Shown: positions 37,402 through 46,471 of the stretch, one piece after another
How positions within the stretch are numbered: the stretch's first letter is position 1
Layout: each line of letters begins with the position of its first letter
Origin: a virus
Virus record (IMG/VR): IMGVR_UViG_3300042337_000526
Span: 1 to 64,000 of that record
Direction: 5' to 3' (one strand)
Length of the DNA stretch: 64,000 nt
Translations under genes and position numbers: made by a program
Notes under the pieces: generated by a model
The model's database searches: none
Told to the model about the DNA's origin: nothing
What the model saw: the letters and a program-made list of their open reading frames with translations, nothing else

Positions 37402-37814
37402 ATGAAAACTCCAATCCACTAGACTATTTAATTCAGTGCTGTGAAACAGCAATAAATACTGGGCGTTGGAATTTAACACGATTCACAGTATTAAATGCCA
37501 AGAATGAATTAGAAAAGTTACGAGAAGCCAAAAGAGATTTAGCACAAAATGCTTTCAATGCTAATCAGAATAGTGTTGAAGATAATAATCGTTGGTTAAG
37601 TTGTGAAAAAGAATTGGTCGCTCTGAAGGAAAAAATTAAAACCATTTTTAGTCAACCTGTTGCCTATGGTTTAATTAACGACAGACATGATCTATACAAT
37701 CTAACTTTGCATTATAATAGGTTTGATGACAAGGATGATAAACTAATACCTCTCTATTCAAACAGAGAAGAATTTCTAAAAGGGGATTGGAAAAGTGGTA
37801 AGTTATCCAAATAG
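37398..37814 (+). CDS. coiled-coil hypothetical protein
   Basis: ORF track; ATGA overlap. Confidence 0.7.
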   Translation: MNENSNPLDYLIQCCETAINTGRWNLTRFTVLNAKNELEKLREAKRDLAQNAFNANQNSVEDNNRWLSCEKELVALKEKIKTIFSQPVAYGLINDRHDLYNLTLHYNRFDDKDDKLIPLYSNREEFLKGDWKSGKLSK

Positions 37815-38133
37815 GTATTTTAAGGGATGGTGTTCTAATGAAGGTAATCCACGATCTCATATTCTTCATTATCATATTCTCACTATTCGAGATATTAGTG
37901 ACTATAATGGCGGACTTATACCAGAAGAAGTAAATTCTTTAGAAGAATACTTTAATGTTGATGGTATAGGAATTGATGATCCATATTATATGGTTACTGG
38001 AACATTCAAGTTTGATTTTGCACGAACTCCTATTAAAATTCTGGAAACAAGTGAACTAAAAATAGCCATTGATATTGTTGAACAACTAACAGGGAATATT
38101 ATCAGAGAAGATGAAGTATACAATTCACGATGA
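37795..38133 (+). CDS. hypothetical protein
   Basis: ORF track; GTG start. Confidence 0.65.
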   Translation: MVSYPNRYFKGWCSNEGNPRSHILHYHILTIRDISDYNGGLIPEEVNSLEEYFNVDGIGIDDPYYMVTGTFKFDFARTPIKILETSELKIAIDIVEQLTGNIIREDEVYNSR

Positions 38134-38641
38134 TGGTTTTGGTTGTTTTGAAGAAGGTGGTTGTGCTGAATTCTATTGGATAAAAGAGGATAAAACTCTT
38201 GGATTCAAACAATTTGGCAGCAAAAAGAGTGCCACAGTTACTTACAACAAACAAAAACTACTAAGTAAATTTGATCTTGCCCCAAAAGTTATTGGCAAAA
38301 TCACCAAATTAAAATATGAATGGGGAGATGAAACAAATTGGGGATATGTTACAGAAAGAGCTAAAATTCTCGACGAAAAGGTGATGAAAAAACGATTACG
38401 AGATATTCAGAATCTTGTGGAAACTATTGAGAACAAAACTCGTCTAAGATTTTGGGATTGTCATTATTGGAATATTGGTTATGTGAAACGAAATAATAAG
38501 GCTAAACTGGTCTGTATTGATACTGGGCCTGAGAGTTTTAATCGTGATGCTGATGCTTGGGGCATGGGAACTCCTGGCCCAAAATGCGGTTATTGTAGTA
38601 GGTATCAATGTCGTTGTAGCGATTCTTATTGGTGTGATTAG
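38111..38641 (+). CDS. protein-kinase-like (ePK/APH fold) protein
   Basis: GFKQF (VAIK-like Lys), LAPKV, YVTE, DCHYWNIG (DxxxxN), IDTG (DFG-like). Confidence 0.65.
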   Translation: MKYTIHDDGFGCFEEGGCAEFYWIKEDKTLGFKQFGSKKSATVTYNKQKLLSKFDLAPKVIGKITKLKYEWGDETNWGYVTERAKILDEKVMKKRLRDIQNLVETIENKTRLRFWDCHYWNIGYVKRNNKAKLVCIDTGPESFNRDADAWGMGTPGPKCGYCSRYQCRCSDSYWCD

Positions 38642-38674
38642 ATGGTGTATTCTTTAGTATAAGGAGTATTATTT

Positions 38675-39028
38675 ATGTCTAAAGAATTTAACGATATAAT
38701 CAGAGAAATCAATAAGCAAAATAAAGAACTACATAGTATAGATAATAGCATATCTAAAGAAGTAGTTAAAGAAATATCTGATCTTAAAAAAAGTGTCAAA
38801 AACATAGAAAATAAAATACGATCTATGGATGACACTCTGATTAAATTATTTGACATACTCAATACTATAACTGTTTTTATTGAGGACGCTGAATCCATGA
38901 ATGGAGATGATTTAGACGATGAAGAAGACTGGACTCCTTATGATGAAAGAAATTTTTCATACAACAATGACGAAGATGATGATGATGAGGAGGAAAGCGA
39001 ATGGAATATTCATGAGGACGAAAGTTAA
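38675..39028 (+). CDS. coiled-coil protein with acidic tail
   Basis: ORF track; AAGGAG SD; GGTGTA 26 nt upstream. Confidence 0.7.
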   Translation: MSKEFNDIIREINKQNKELHSIDNSISKEVVKEISDLKKSVKNIENKIRSMDDTLIKLFDILNTITVFIEDAESMNGDDLDDEEDWTPYDERNFSYNNDEDDDDEEESEWNIHEDES

Positions 39029-39270
39029 TGGCTAGTTTGGCATTACTAGTAACACTAATGTTTTTATTTGTGGTGCTACTTGGGCCAGCAACGTGGTTAT
39101 TAAGTAAATCAAGATTCATTCCAAAATTCGTAATATACATAATGGGACTTTTGAGCATTTTAATAGGAATATATTGGTGTTTTTTACCAGTTAATTTACT
39201 CAGATTTTTTGGACTCCTTACGGCATATTTAGGATGGATGGCGATACAATCTAAAGATAGAGGGGCTTGA
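39028..39270 (+). CDS. membrane protein (3 TM)
   Basis: three hydrophobic segments; TAATG overlap. Confidence 0.7.
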   Translation: MASLALLVTLMFLFVVLLGPATWLLSKSRFIPKFVIYIMGLLSILIGIYWCFLPVNLLRFFGLLTAYLGWMAIQSKDRGA

Positions 39271-39294
39271 CAACCGATAACACTGTGGTATGAT
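39267..39294 (+). promoter_or_regulatory. sigma70-type early promoter for rIIA-rIIB
   Basis: TTGACA-ACCGATAACACTGTGG-TATGAT. Confidence 0.85.
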
Positions 39295-39339
39295 TGGACT
39301 ATCACAGGAACGATTCACAGGACATTTGGAGACATAAAG

Positions 39340-42000
39340 ATGAAGTTGGCAGATCGCGTTATTGAGACTCATAGTGCTGGTGTTCGTAGCGAGTCTGGTT
39401 TTACAATCGCTCAGACTAGCAAAATGTTTAAAATCCTTTCGGACTCTCTTTATTCCGATAAGGTGATGGCAGTTATTCGTGAACTGTCTACTAATGCTTA
39501 TGATAGTCATATTAGTGCTGGTAATAAGAATCCCTTCAAGGTGATCTTGCCAACATCTGCTAATCCTTCTTTTACCGTGCGTGATTATGGCACTGGTCTT
39601 AGTCAGGGAGATATGGAGAACCTGTATACAACTTACGGTGCTTCTAATAAGAATGATAGCAACGATTTTGTAGGTTGTCTTGGTCTTGGTAGCAAGAGTC
39701 CGTTTGCTTATACCAAGAGTTTTACCACCAGTTCTTATTTTAATGGAACTAAGTATACTTATATCGCCGCTATTGATGACAGCGGTGTTCCTACTCTGAA
39801 TCTTTTTAATACTTGTGAAACTGATGAGGCTAATGGTCTTGAAATCAGTTTTGCTGTTAAGAACCATGATTTTAGTGAGTTTACCAATAAGGCTATCAGG
39901 ATTTTCCATTATTTCCGAATGAAACCTATTATTGAGGGTGGACTTGGAGATAATCTGCAAGATCATAAGTATAGCAATACTAATATTGTGATCAGCGGTA
40001 ATGGCTGGAGAGTTTGCAGACTTAATAACGATACTCAGTATTATCCTAATAATTATCATCGTATTGATAGTGGTGTTGTTGCTATCATGGGAAATATTGC
40101 ATATCCTGTTCAGACCGCTCAGATTATTGGTCAGGAAAAGGAAGATCAACCAGATCATATTGCCAAGTGGAATAGGGCTTTCCAGAAAGCCGATATTGAT
40201 TCGTGGAAGAGTTTCGTTACTGAGATCATTAACTCTGGTCTTTATCTGGAACTTGATTTTGGTATTGGCGAACTGGAAATGGACGTTTCCCGTGAAGGTT
40301 TGCAGTATACTAAGAGCGTTATTAAAACTCTGCGTCAAAAGACTCAAGAGATTTATCTTGAGATGAAGGATGAATTTAGTAAGAAGATTTCTGCTGCTAA
40401 GACCAAGATTGAGGCTATCACAACATATTATCAGATGAATGAATTGTCTGGTGGATGGGGTGTTGGTGCATCTTGGACTGACCCTAATGGTAAGAGCCAC
40501 AATATTAATAGTGGTGCTGACCTTGAATATAAAATCAAGGCTGGCAAGAACCTGTACGTTTTTAATTACAAGAGCAGCGGGTATCGTTCACGACGCCTTA
40601 TTTCTCTAACAGACAAAATCCATCATGATACTCTTACTGGTAAGGGATATTCTTACTGGAATAGTCAGAAGAAGAATGGGAAAATTGCTTTTTTTGTTTG
40701 TGACGTTAAGGGTGAAGAAACTGCCAAGAAGATTGTGACACGTTATTGTAATCAAAATGATTGTTTTGCTTACATGATTATGGACACAAAGGATCATACT
40801 CAAAGCGACAAGGGTTTTGATGATCTGATTAATGATGTCGGTAGTGAGAATCTGCTCAAGGTTTCTGATTATAAACATCTTACTCAAAGTTCTGGCCCTC
40901 GTAAAAGTGGAGTCAGAAATAGTAATGGTAGTGTGAGCGATCAAGATATATTCTTTATTCATGGTCAGTCTAAGGATTCTGGTAAACTTAGTGTCGAATA
41001 TAACGATGCTCTTAGTTTGAAAACTCTTACAAGTGACGAACTAGACGAATTGAGTGATAGTGATTCTATCATTTATGTTCCTATTCTTCGTTATCAAAGC
41101 ACACCAGAGTTTCCTAAGATTAATAATATTGTATCGCTATTTGATAATGAGAATATCAAGGGACTATTTGGAGATGTGAAGGTTTATGCTATCAAGAGCA
41201 ATTTTGTAGCAAAAATGACCAGTGAAGGACACAATCTTGTTGACTTTAATACTTGGTTTAAAAAGATTCTCTCAACAAAGATTAAGAGTTATTTTAACAA
41301 TACCAATGAGTACAACTCTATTGTTGAATTCTACAAAAAGGAATTTATCAGTAAGGATGGTGATAACGATAATTATTATTACAATCATGGAACATTGGTT
41401 AGTCAGTTCTCTTGTCATATGTTGAGTATTTTTGGTCTTGAATATAAGAAATATATCAAGAATACTGAACTATCCAATATTATTGATAGTTTTCTTGTAA
41501 TGGAATTCTTTGCCGATACTATGCACAGAGCAACTTTTGATCTGAAACGATTCTCTCAGACTGAATATTTTGACCATATCAACTCTTTGCTCAAGGATCG
41601 AGGTATTGATCATCTTGATAGTAAGGAACTCAAGAAGAAAAATGTACAATATAACACTCTTATAAATATTCAACATCAGATGTTTGACCATTCTGATGAT
41701 ATTGAGGGATATACTAAATTGTTTAAGTCTGATGCTAAAGCAATCAAGTATAATTTGACCAAAGCGGCAGACTTGAAGAAAATTCTTAAAGTCGAGGTTG
41801 ACAAGAACCCGATGCTGAAGTATATTATGGGAAGCAACCAGATTAATGGCAATCTTAGAGATTTGGACAGCAAGTATAATCCTATCTCTCAATTTGCTGA
41901 TAATTATTATGGTAAGAGAAATAATGCTGTATGGGTTGAGAGTATGGATAGCGACAAGGTTGAATTGTTTAAGATTCAGTTGAGTAGTTTGATCAAGTAA
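39340..42000 (+). CDS. rIIA: rIIA-like protein (N-terminal GHKL ATPase)
   Basis: LSDSLYSDK.AVIRELSTNAYD, VRDYGTG, GCLGLGSKSPFAY; adjacent to rIIB-like gene. Confidence 0.85.
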   Translation: MKLADRVIETHSAGVRSESGFTIAQTSKMFKILSDSLYSDKVMAVIRELSTNAYDSHISAGNKNPFKVILPTSANPSFTVRDYGTGLSQGDMENLYTTYGASNKNDSNDFVGCLGLGSKSPFAYTKSFTTSSYFNGTKYTYIAAIDDSGVPTLNLFNTCETDEANGLEISFAVKNHDFSEFTNKAIRIFHYFRMKPIIEGGLGDNLQDHKYSNTNIVISGNGWRVCRLNNDTQYYPNNYHRIDSGVVAIMGNIAYPVQTAQIIGQEKEDQPDHIAKWNRAFQKADIDSWKSFVTEIINSGLYLELDFGIGELEMDVSREGLQYTKSVIKTLRQKTQEIYLEMKDEFSKKISAAKTKIEAITTYYQMNELSGGWGVGASWTDPNGKSHNINSGADLEYKIKAGKNLYVFNYKSSGYRSRRLISLTDKIHHDTLTGKGYSYWNSQKKNGKIAFFVCDVKGEETAKKIVTRYCNQNDCFAYMIMDTKDHTQSDKGFDDLINDVGSENLLKVSDYKHLTQSSGPRKSGVRNSNGSVSDQDIFFIHGQSKDSGKLSVEYNDALSLKTLTSDELDELSDSDSIIYVPILRYQSTPEFPKINNIVSLFDNENIKGLFGDVKVYAIKSNFVAKMTSEGHNLVDFNTWFKKILSTKIKSYFNNTNEYNSIVEFYKKEFISKDGDNDNYYYNHGTLVSQFSCHMLSIFGLEYKKYIKNTELSNIIDSFLVMEFFADTMHRATFDLKRFSQTEYFDHINSLLKDRGIDHLDSKELKKKNVQYNTLINIQHQMFDHSDDIEGYTKLFKSDAKAIKYNLTKAADLKKILKVEVDKNPMLKYIMGSNQINGNLRDLDSKYNPISQFADNYYGKRNNAVWVESMDSDKVELFKIQLSSLIK

Positions 42001-42036
42001 TTCACAAGGTAACTAAAAACAATAGGAGTTTATATC

Positions 42037-42897
42037 ATGAGTGTTCCGTTTATGTTTGTCGATGGTAATCTGACAGTTGTGCTGAACAACAAGAGTTTTC
42101 AAGTTCTGCCTGACCACCTTAACTACAAGATGATTCTGGAGGCATTGCCTACTGCAACATCTGACGAGTTGATTGAAATGATTGATATTGAGAAGGCGGT
42201 TGCTACTTTTAGTGACGGTCTTGTTGAGATCAAGAATGGTCAGGTAACTTATGAGGGTGAGGTTGTTCATGGGTCGATTAGCAAGAGAATTCTGGAGTTT
42301 ATGAGCAAGGGTCTGCCTTTTCAGCCTCTTGTTAATTTCCTGAATAATCTTATGGGTAATCCTAGTATGCAAAGTCAAAAGGAACTCTATGATTTCCTTG
42401 AGCATGAGCATCTGCCCATTACTGAGGATGGTTATTTCCTTGCTTATAAGGCAGTCAGAGCAGATTACATGGACAAATATCGCGGAGTATTTGATAATCA
42501 TGTTGGTAATGTTTGTGAAATGACCCGATCAAAGGTTGATGATGATCGTGGCCGAGGTTGCTCTAATGGGCTTCATGCTGGTGCATTGAATTATGTGGCC
42601 GGTTATGGCAGTCTTGAAAATGGCGATAAGATCGTTATCGTTAAGATTAATCCTGCTGATGTTGTGAGTGTTCCTAGTGATTGTAACTATGAGAAACTTC
42701 GCACTTGCCGATATGAAGTTGTCGGAGAGTATCAAGGCGAACTTCTCAAGCCTCTTTATTCATCTGTCTTTAGTGAGGATGATTACGAGGATGAGGATGA
42801 AGATTATGATAATGATTATGATTGGGGATGGAATGAGGATGATGACGAAGAGGCTTATGCTGAAGATGATGAGGAAGATTACGACGATTATAACTGA
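42037..42897 (+). CDS. rIIB: rIIB-like protein
   Basis: LYDFL...PIT.DG.FLAYK.V..DY.D, VDDD....CS.GLH, VKINP.DVVSVP.D...KLRTCRYEVVGE. Confidence 0.88.
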   Translation: MSVPFMFVDGNLTVVLNNKSFQVLPDHLNYKMILEALPTATSDELIEMIDIEKAVATFSDGLVEIKNGQVTYEGEVVHGSISKRILEFMSKGLPFQPLVNFLNNLMGNPSMQSQKELYDFLEHEHLPITEDGYFLAYKAVRADYMDKYRGVFDNHVGNVCEMTRSKVDDDRGRGCSNGLHAGALNYVAGYGSLENGDKIVIVKINPADVVSVPSDCNYEKLRTCRYEVVGEYQGELLKPLYSSVFSEDDYEDEDEDYDNDYDWGWNEDDDEEAYAEDDEEDYDDYN

Positions 42898-42910
42898 TTA
42901 ATAAAAATAA

Positions 42911-42996
42911 AGTGGAGTCTGGTGACTAAGATAATAGCCTCTGGTTGGGAAACTCAACAAACGCTATTTGAGAGAGGTTCAATTCCTCTCCCGCTA
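42911..42996 (+). ncRNA. tRNA-like RNA without canonical anticodon arm
   Basis: T-arm AGAGG-TTCAATT-CCTCT; acceptor-like AGTGG/CCGCT+A; mini D-arm GTC-TGGT-GAC; central AATAGC/GCTATT helix. Confidence 0.5.
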
Positions 42997-43075
42997 TTTT
43001 ATATCGCTAATGATAGTAGAGGTTGCTATCCCGATATTGGTTTGGGTTGTTTACAATTACAGGTAATGGTGAAAT

Positions 43076-44263
43076 ATGTTTAAGATGGAACTTGGTTTTA
43101 ATCCGTATGACAAGGCTAACAGCAGTGCTGAAAAGCGTTATGCTAATTCGTGGAATGGACTGCAAGAGCAGTTTCTAAATTCTTTTAATCTGGTTGGTCA
43201 TATCTTTTGCTATAATGGAGATCCTCGTAGAAAGATTAGTAGTATGAAGCATACTAATGATCTTGTTGAGGTTCGTAATGCTAATGAGAATAGCAACTCT
43301 GATGCTTACTTCTATGTTAACGGTGGACGAAAGCAGTATGCTATCAATACCATTGCTTGTTGTTTTGTAGATATTGATGCTGGACGAGACGCTGCTGGAA
43401 ACTATCTGCCCAGTAAAGAGGTTATGAAGTTTAAGCAGTCTGCTCTTGATAAGATCAATAACTTTGCTGTTAAGCCAAGTTGGGTAGTTGATACTCGTAA
43501 TGGTTATCAGATTTATTGGATTCTGGACGATCAGAGTCGAACTCTAGTTAATCAAACCACATGGAATGGTATTCAGAAGAAACTGGTAAATTACTTTGGT
43601 GGAGATGCACGAGCCATCAAGATTAATCAGATTTATCGAGTTCCTTATACTTGGTGGCGTAAGTGCTGGGAAAAGAAAGCATCTTACTTTACAAGTATTC
43701 TGACTGGCTCAACTGGTCATAGAATTAATGTTCAAGATTTAATCTCTGCATTAAATGGTCAGCCAGCAACAGTAACCATTGTTCCTAATGCTACTAGTGA
43801 TGCTTGGTTTGACCAGTGGAGAAAAACCTATAAGAAGTCTGATGCTACTGGACTTCCTGTAACGGTTGATGCTGCTGCAAAGATTCTGAATGAACTTAAT
43901 AGTCAAAGAGCAGTCTATACAAATAGCAGTGCCGATTATTGTGGTCAAAAGAATACTCAGGATAGTGTGTGGGTAGACTTTAATAAGGAACTTAACAGTC
44001 CACAAAAGCATAGTGACTATAAGTGCAACAACTTTTATACTAATAATTACGAGAAGGCTTATGGTGATCCGTCGCCAGTGTTGCCTTCTCATGCTGGTGA
44101 CAGTGGTTTAGTTTTGAGTGGGGAGCAGGCCAAACTTTTAAAAACGGTGGTCGAGTACCTCAACCAAGCATCTACAGCGTTGTATTTCAGTAACAACCGA
44201 TTCCTTTCTGGTGCTGCCAGAGACTTGGCAAGCCAGATTAGTGATAAGTTTTGCGTAGGTTGA
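43076..44263 (+). CDS. RepB-type primase (AEP-like) domain protein
   Basis: FVDID, PSWVVDTRNGYQIYW, FGGD...INQIYRVP. Confidence 0.7.
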   Translation: MFKMELGFNPYDKANSSAEKRYANSWNGLQEQFLNSFNLVGHIFCYNGDPRRKISSMKHTNDLVEVRNANENSNSDAYFYVNGGRKQYAINTIACCFVDIDAGRDAAGNYLPSKEVMKFKQSALDKINNFAVKPSWVVDTRNGYQIYWILDDQSRTLVNQTTWNGIQKKLVNYFGGDARAIKINQIYRVPYTWWRKCWEKKASYFTSILTGSTGHRINVQDLISALNGQPATVTIVPNATSDAWFDQWRKTYKKSDATGLPVTVDAAAKILNELNSQRAVYTNSSADYCGQKNTQDSVWVDFNKELNSPQKHSDYKCNNFYTNNYEKAYGDPSPVLPSHAGDSGLVLSGEQAKLLKTVVEYLNQASTALYFSNNRFLSGAARDLASQISDKFCVG

Positions 44264-44266
44264 ATT

Positions 44267-44677
44267 ATGAACAATCAAGAATATCCAGAAAATAATGATC
44301 CTTATAAATTCTACTTTCAGATAGATACTGAATGGGTTAAGAAATATATGGATAGTCTGCTTAATAAGATAGAATATAAATGGATAACTAAGGATATTAT
44401 AGAGGATGTGTTGAATAAACTACCTCAATATAAGGTTGAACCTGTTGATGGATTTCCGTTTGTTTCGTTACCTGTGAATGATTACTTCTCCAATACAGCG
44501 GGGGATAAAACCTCCCTGTATTTGGGGAATAATCATTACAACGAAGGAATATGGAAAATTAAATATTTTGTTTATAAGAAACTTCAAAAAGAATATGAAT
44601 TACATTTACAGGCTCATGCTAAACATGTGGTTAGTCAGCCAAGATATTACGAATGTTTATTTGAAATACTTAATTAG
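44267..44677 (+). CDS. hypothetical protein
   Basis: ORF track. Confidence 0.7.
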   Translation: MNNQEYPENNDPYKFYFQIDTEWVKKYMDSLLNKIEYKWITKDIIEDVLNKLPQYKVEPVDGFPFVSLPVNDYFSNTAGDKTSLYLGNNHYNEGIWKIKYFVYKKLQKEYELHLQAHAKHVVSQPRYYECLFEILN

Positions 44678-44685
44678 GAAGACTT

Positions 44686-45120
44686 ATGAAAGATAACTGG
44701 TATGTAATTCACGACATGGATGCGTTCACTAACCACGCCAGAGTATTAGTTTATAATGCTTTTGGCAGTGGTTTATCGGAAGATAAAGATGATCCAGAAA
44801 TTGATGATCTAATATCTGTTAAGCCAGAAGATAAGGATGAATTAGATAAAATATTATCTTTTGAAGAATCTTTGAATATCACAACCCAAATCGTTAAAAA
44901 ACAGAAAAACAAAAAGACAAATAGTATACGATATGTTGTAAACGATATTATATTTTCAGAAGTATTAGATTCTTTGAATGACAGAATGGTGAGTAATCTG
45001 TTGAATAACTTGGTAAATAAGGGAGTTCTTGAAACGGGATTTGATAATGAGACTAATGATTTCCTATTTTGGATAAAAGAAAATGATAAAAACAAATCTG
45101 AAAAGCCAGAAACCGATTGA
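44686..45120 (+). CDS. hypothetical protein, paralog of 20305..20724
   Basis: WYVIHDM...LNNLVNKGVLETGFDNETNDFLFW. Confidence 0.7.
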   Translation: MKDNWYVIHDMDAFTNHARVLVYNAFGSGLSEDKDDPEIDDLISVKPEDKDELDKILSFEESLNITTQIVKKQKNKKTNSIRYVVNDIIFSEVLDSLNDRMVSNLLNNLVNKGVLETGFDNETNDFLFWIKENDKNKSEKPETD

Positions 45121-45493
45121 GACTGATGCCTCTTTTAAATATCAGTGTCCTTCAGAAGATTGTAATAATAAACATTGGCTATTTATAAGACAGGCTCAGG
45201 TTAAAAACTTTAAGATAGTCTGTGAGTGTGGTTTGGTTTTCAAGCCAAAACAGATAAAACATATTAAAATAATTTACGAAAAGCCCAAAAGGAAACGAAA
45301 GACATCAGAAGATATTGTTGATAGTATTCCTGTTGACCTTTTGAATCAATGTGCTAAAGTTCTGTCTGGCTATGGATTTGATTTGGACGAGTCTAAAGAA
45401 TTAATTAAGCAATCATATAATTCTTGCAAGACTAATGATATTGGATCTTTAATTAAAAACGCTTTAAAATCTTTTGGAGAAAAAAATGGCTAA
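45083..45493 (+). CDS. Zn-ribbon + RuvA C-terminal domain (domain III)-like fusion
   Basis: CPSEDC...CECG N-terminus; C-terminal QCAKVLSGYGF..DESKELI...SLIKNALKS matches RuvA_C pattern A..AL..LGY...EA...V....LIR.AL. Confidence 0.65.
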   Translation: MIKTNLKSQKPIETDASFKYQCPSEDCNNKHWLFIRQAQVKNFKIVCECGLVFKPKQIKHIKIIYEKPKRKRKTSEDIVDSIPVDLLNQCAKVLSGYGFDLDESKELIKQSYNSCKTNDIGSLIKNALKSFGEKNG

Positions 45494-46397
45494 AGGTATT
45501 CGACCATCAACTTTTGACGAGATCATTGGACAGGATAATGTCAAAGAGCGTCTACGAGTCTCTGTGAGGGGTTGTAAAAACACAGGCACGGTGATGCCTC
45601 ACGTTTTAATAGACGGCCCTCCTGGCCTTGGAAAGACCACCATAGCGAGTGCCATAGCCAACGAGTTGGGGGTGAACCTTTATACCACCAATGCGGCAAA
45701 CATACGCAGCATCAAAAATATACTTCCGTATATTATGGGTATTGAGCCAAGATCAGTTTTGTTCATTGATGAAATCCACAGATTGCCTAAGATTGTGGAA
45801 GAATTTCTATATCCGATCATGGAAGATTTTGTTCTTAATATTACTGTTAAGAATGACGAAGATAAAGATGTTCCAGAAACTATTGATCTGCCAGTATTTA
45901 CTGTGGTTGGGGCCACAACTAGTGGCGGAAGTTTAAGTCAACCCTTTTATGATCGTTTCTGCATTAAAGAACATTTATCTTTTTATAATACTGATGATCT
46001 AGCTAAACTAGCAAGGTTGAACTCGTCTAAATTAGGGGTAGTCATAGAGGATTGCGACCTCTTGGAGATTGCTAAACGAAGCAAAGGAACTCCACGAATT
46101 CTAAATGCTAGATTGCAGTGGTATAAGAACTATATGTCTTGTAATCCTGATAAGGTTATTTCTATAGATGAGATATTTAATGTTCAAGGTATTGATCATA
46201 ATGGTCTTGATATTTATGACAGGTTATATATTGATATCTTGAAAAAGAGTAAAGGATCCCCACTTGGATTAAAAGCAATATCATCAATGACAGGCATCGC
46301 CATTGAAACCATTGAGAATAGTATTGAGCCTTTTCTTGTTAGACGAGGATATGTAATCAGAACCCAAAAGGGAAGAGTCTTAGGATCTCAACCATAA
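45486..46397 (+). CDS. ruvB: Holliday junction branch-migration ATPase RuvB
   Basis: RP.TFDEIIGQ, GPPGLGKTT, FIDEIHRL, GATT...L..PF.DRF, RSKGTPRI, IEPFL...RT.KGR. Confidence 0.93.
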   Translation: MAKGIRPSTFDEIIGQDNVKERLRVSVRGCKNTGTVMPHVLIDGPPGLGKTTIASAIANELGVNLYTTNAANIRSIKNILPYIMGIEPRSVLFIDEIHRLPKIVEEFLYPIMEDFVLNITVKNDEDKDVPETIDLPVFTVVGATTSGGSLSQPFYDRFCIKEHLSFYNTDDLAKLARLNSSKLGVVIEDCDLLEIAKRSKGTPRILNARLQWYKNYMSCNPDKVISIDEIFNVQGIDHNGLDIYDRLYIDILKKSKGSPLGLKAISSMTGIAIETIENSIEPFLVRRGYVIRTQKGRVLGSQP

Positions 46398-46434
46398 TAA
46401 TTTAATATCAATAAATATATAATGTCAAGATACT

Positions 46435-46460
46435 AAAGGGGCCTTTTTGGCCCCTTTTTT
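46435..46460 (+). terminator. intrinsic terminator
   Basis: AAAGGGGCC-TTTTT-GGCCCCTTT followed by T tract. Confidence 0.88.
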
Positions 46461-46471
46461 ATTGGCATGGT

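Noticed and set aside
39229-42501. Long minus-strand ORFs over rIIA/rIIB (39229..40500, 41470..41892, 42013..42501)
   Set aside because: Shadows of recognisable + strand genes; no SD or motifs
42911-42996. tRNA-Sec or another standard tRNA
   Set aside because: No UCA or 7-nt anticodon loop, and no 8-bp acceptor or 6-bp D-stem; kept only as a tRNA-like RNA
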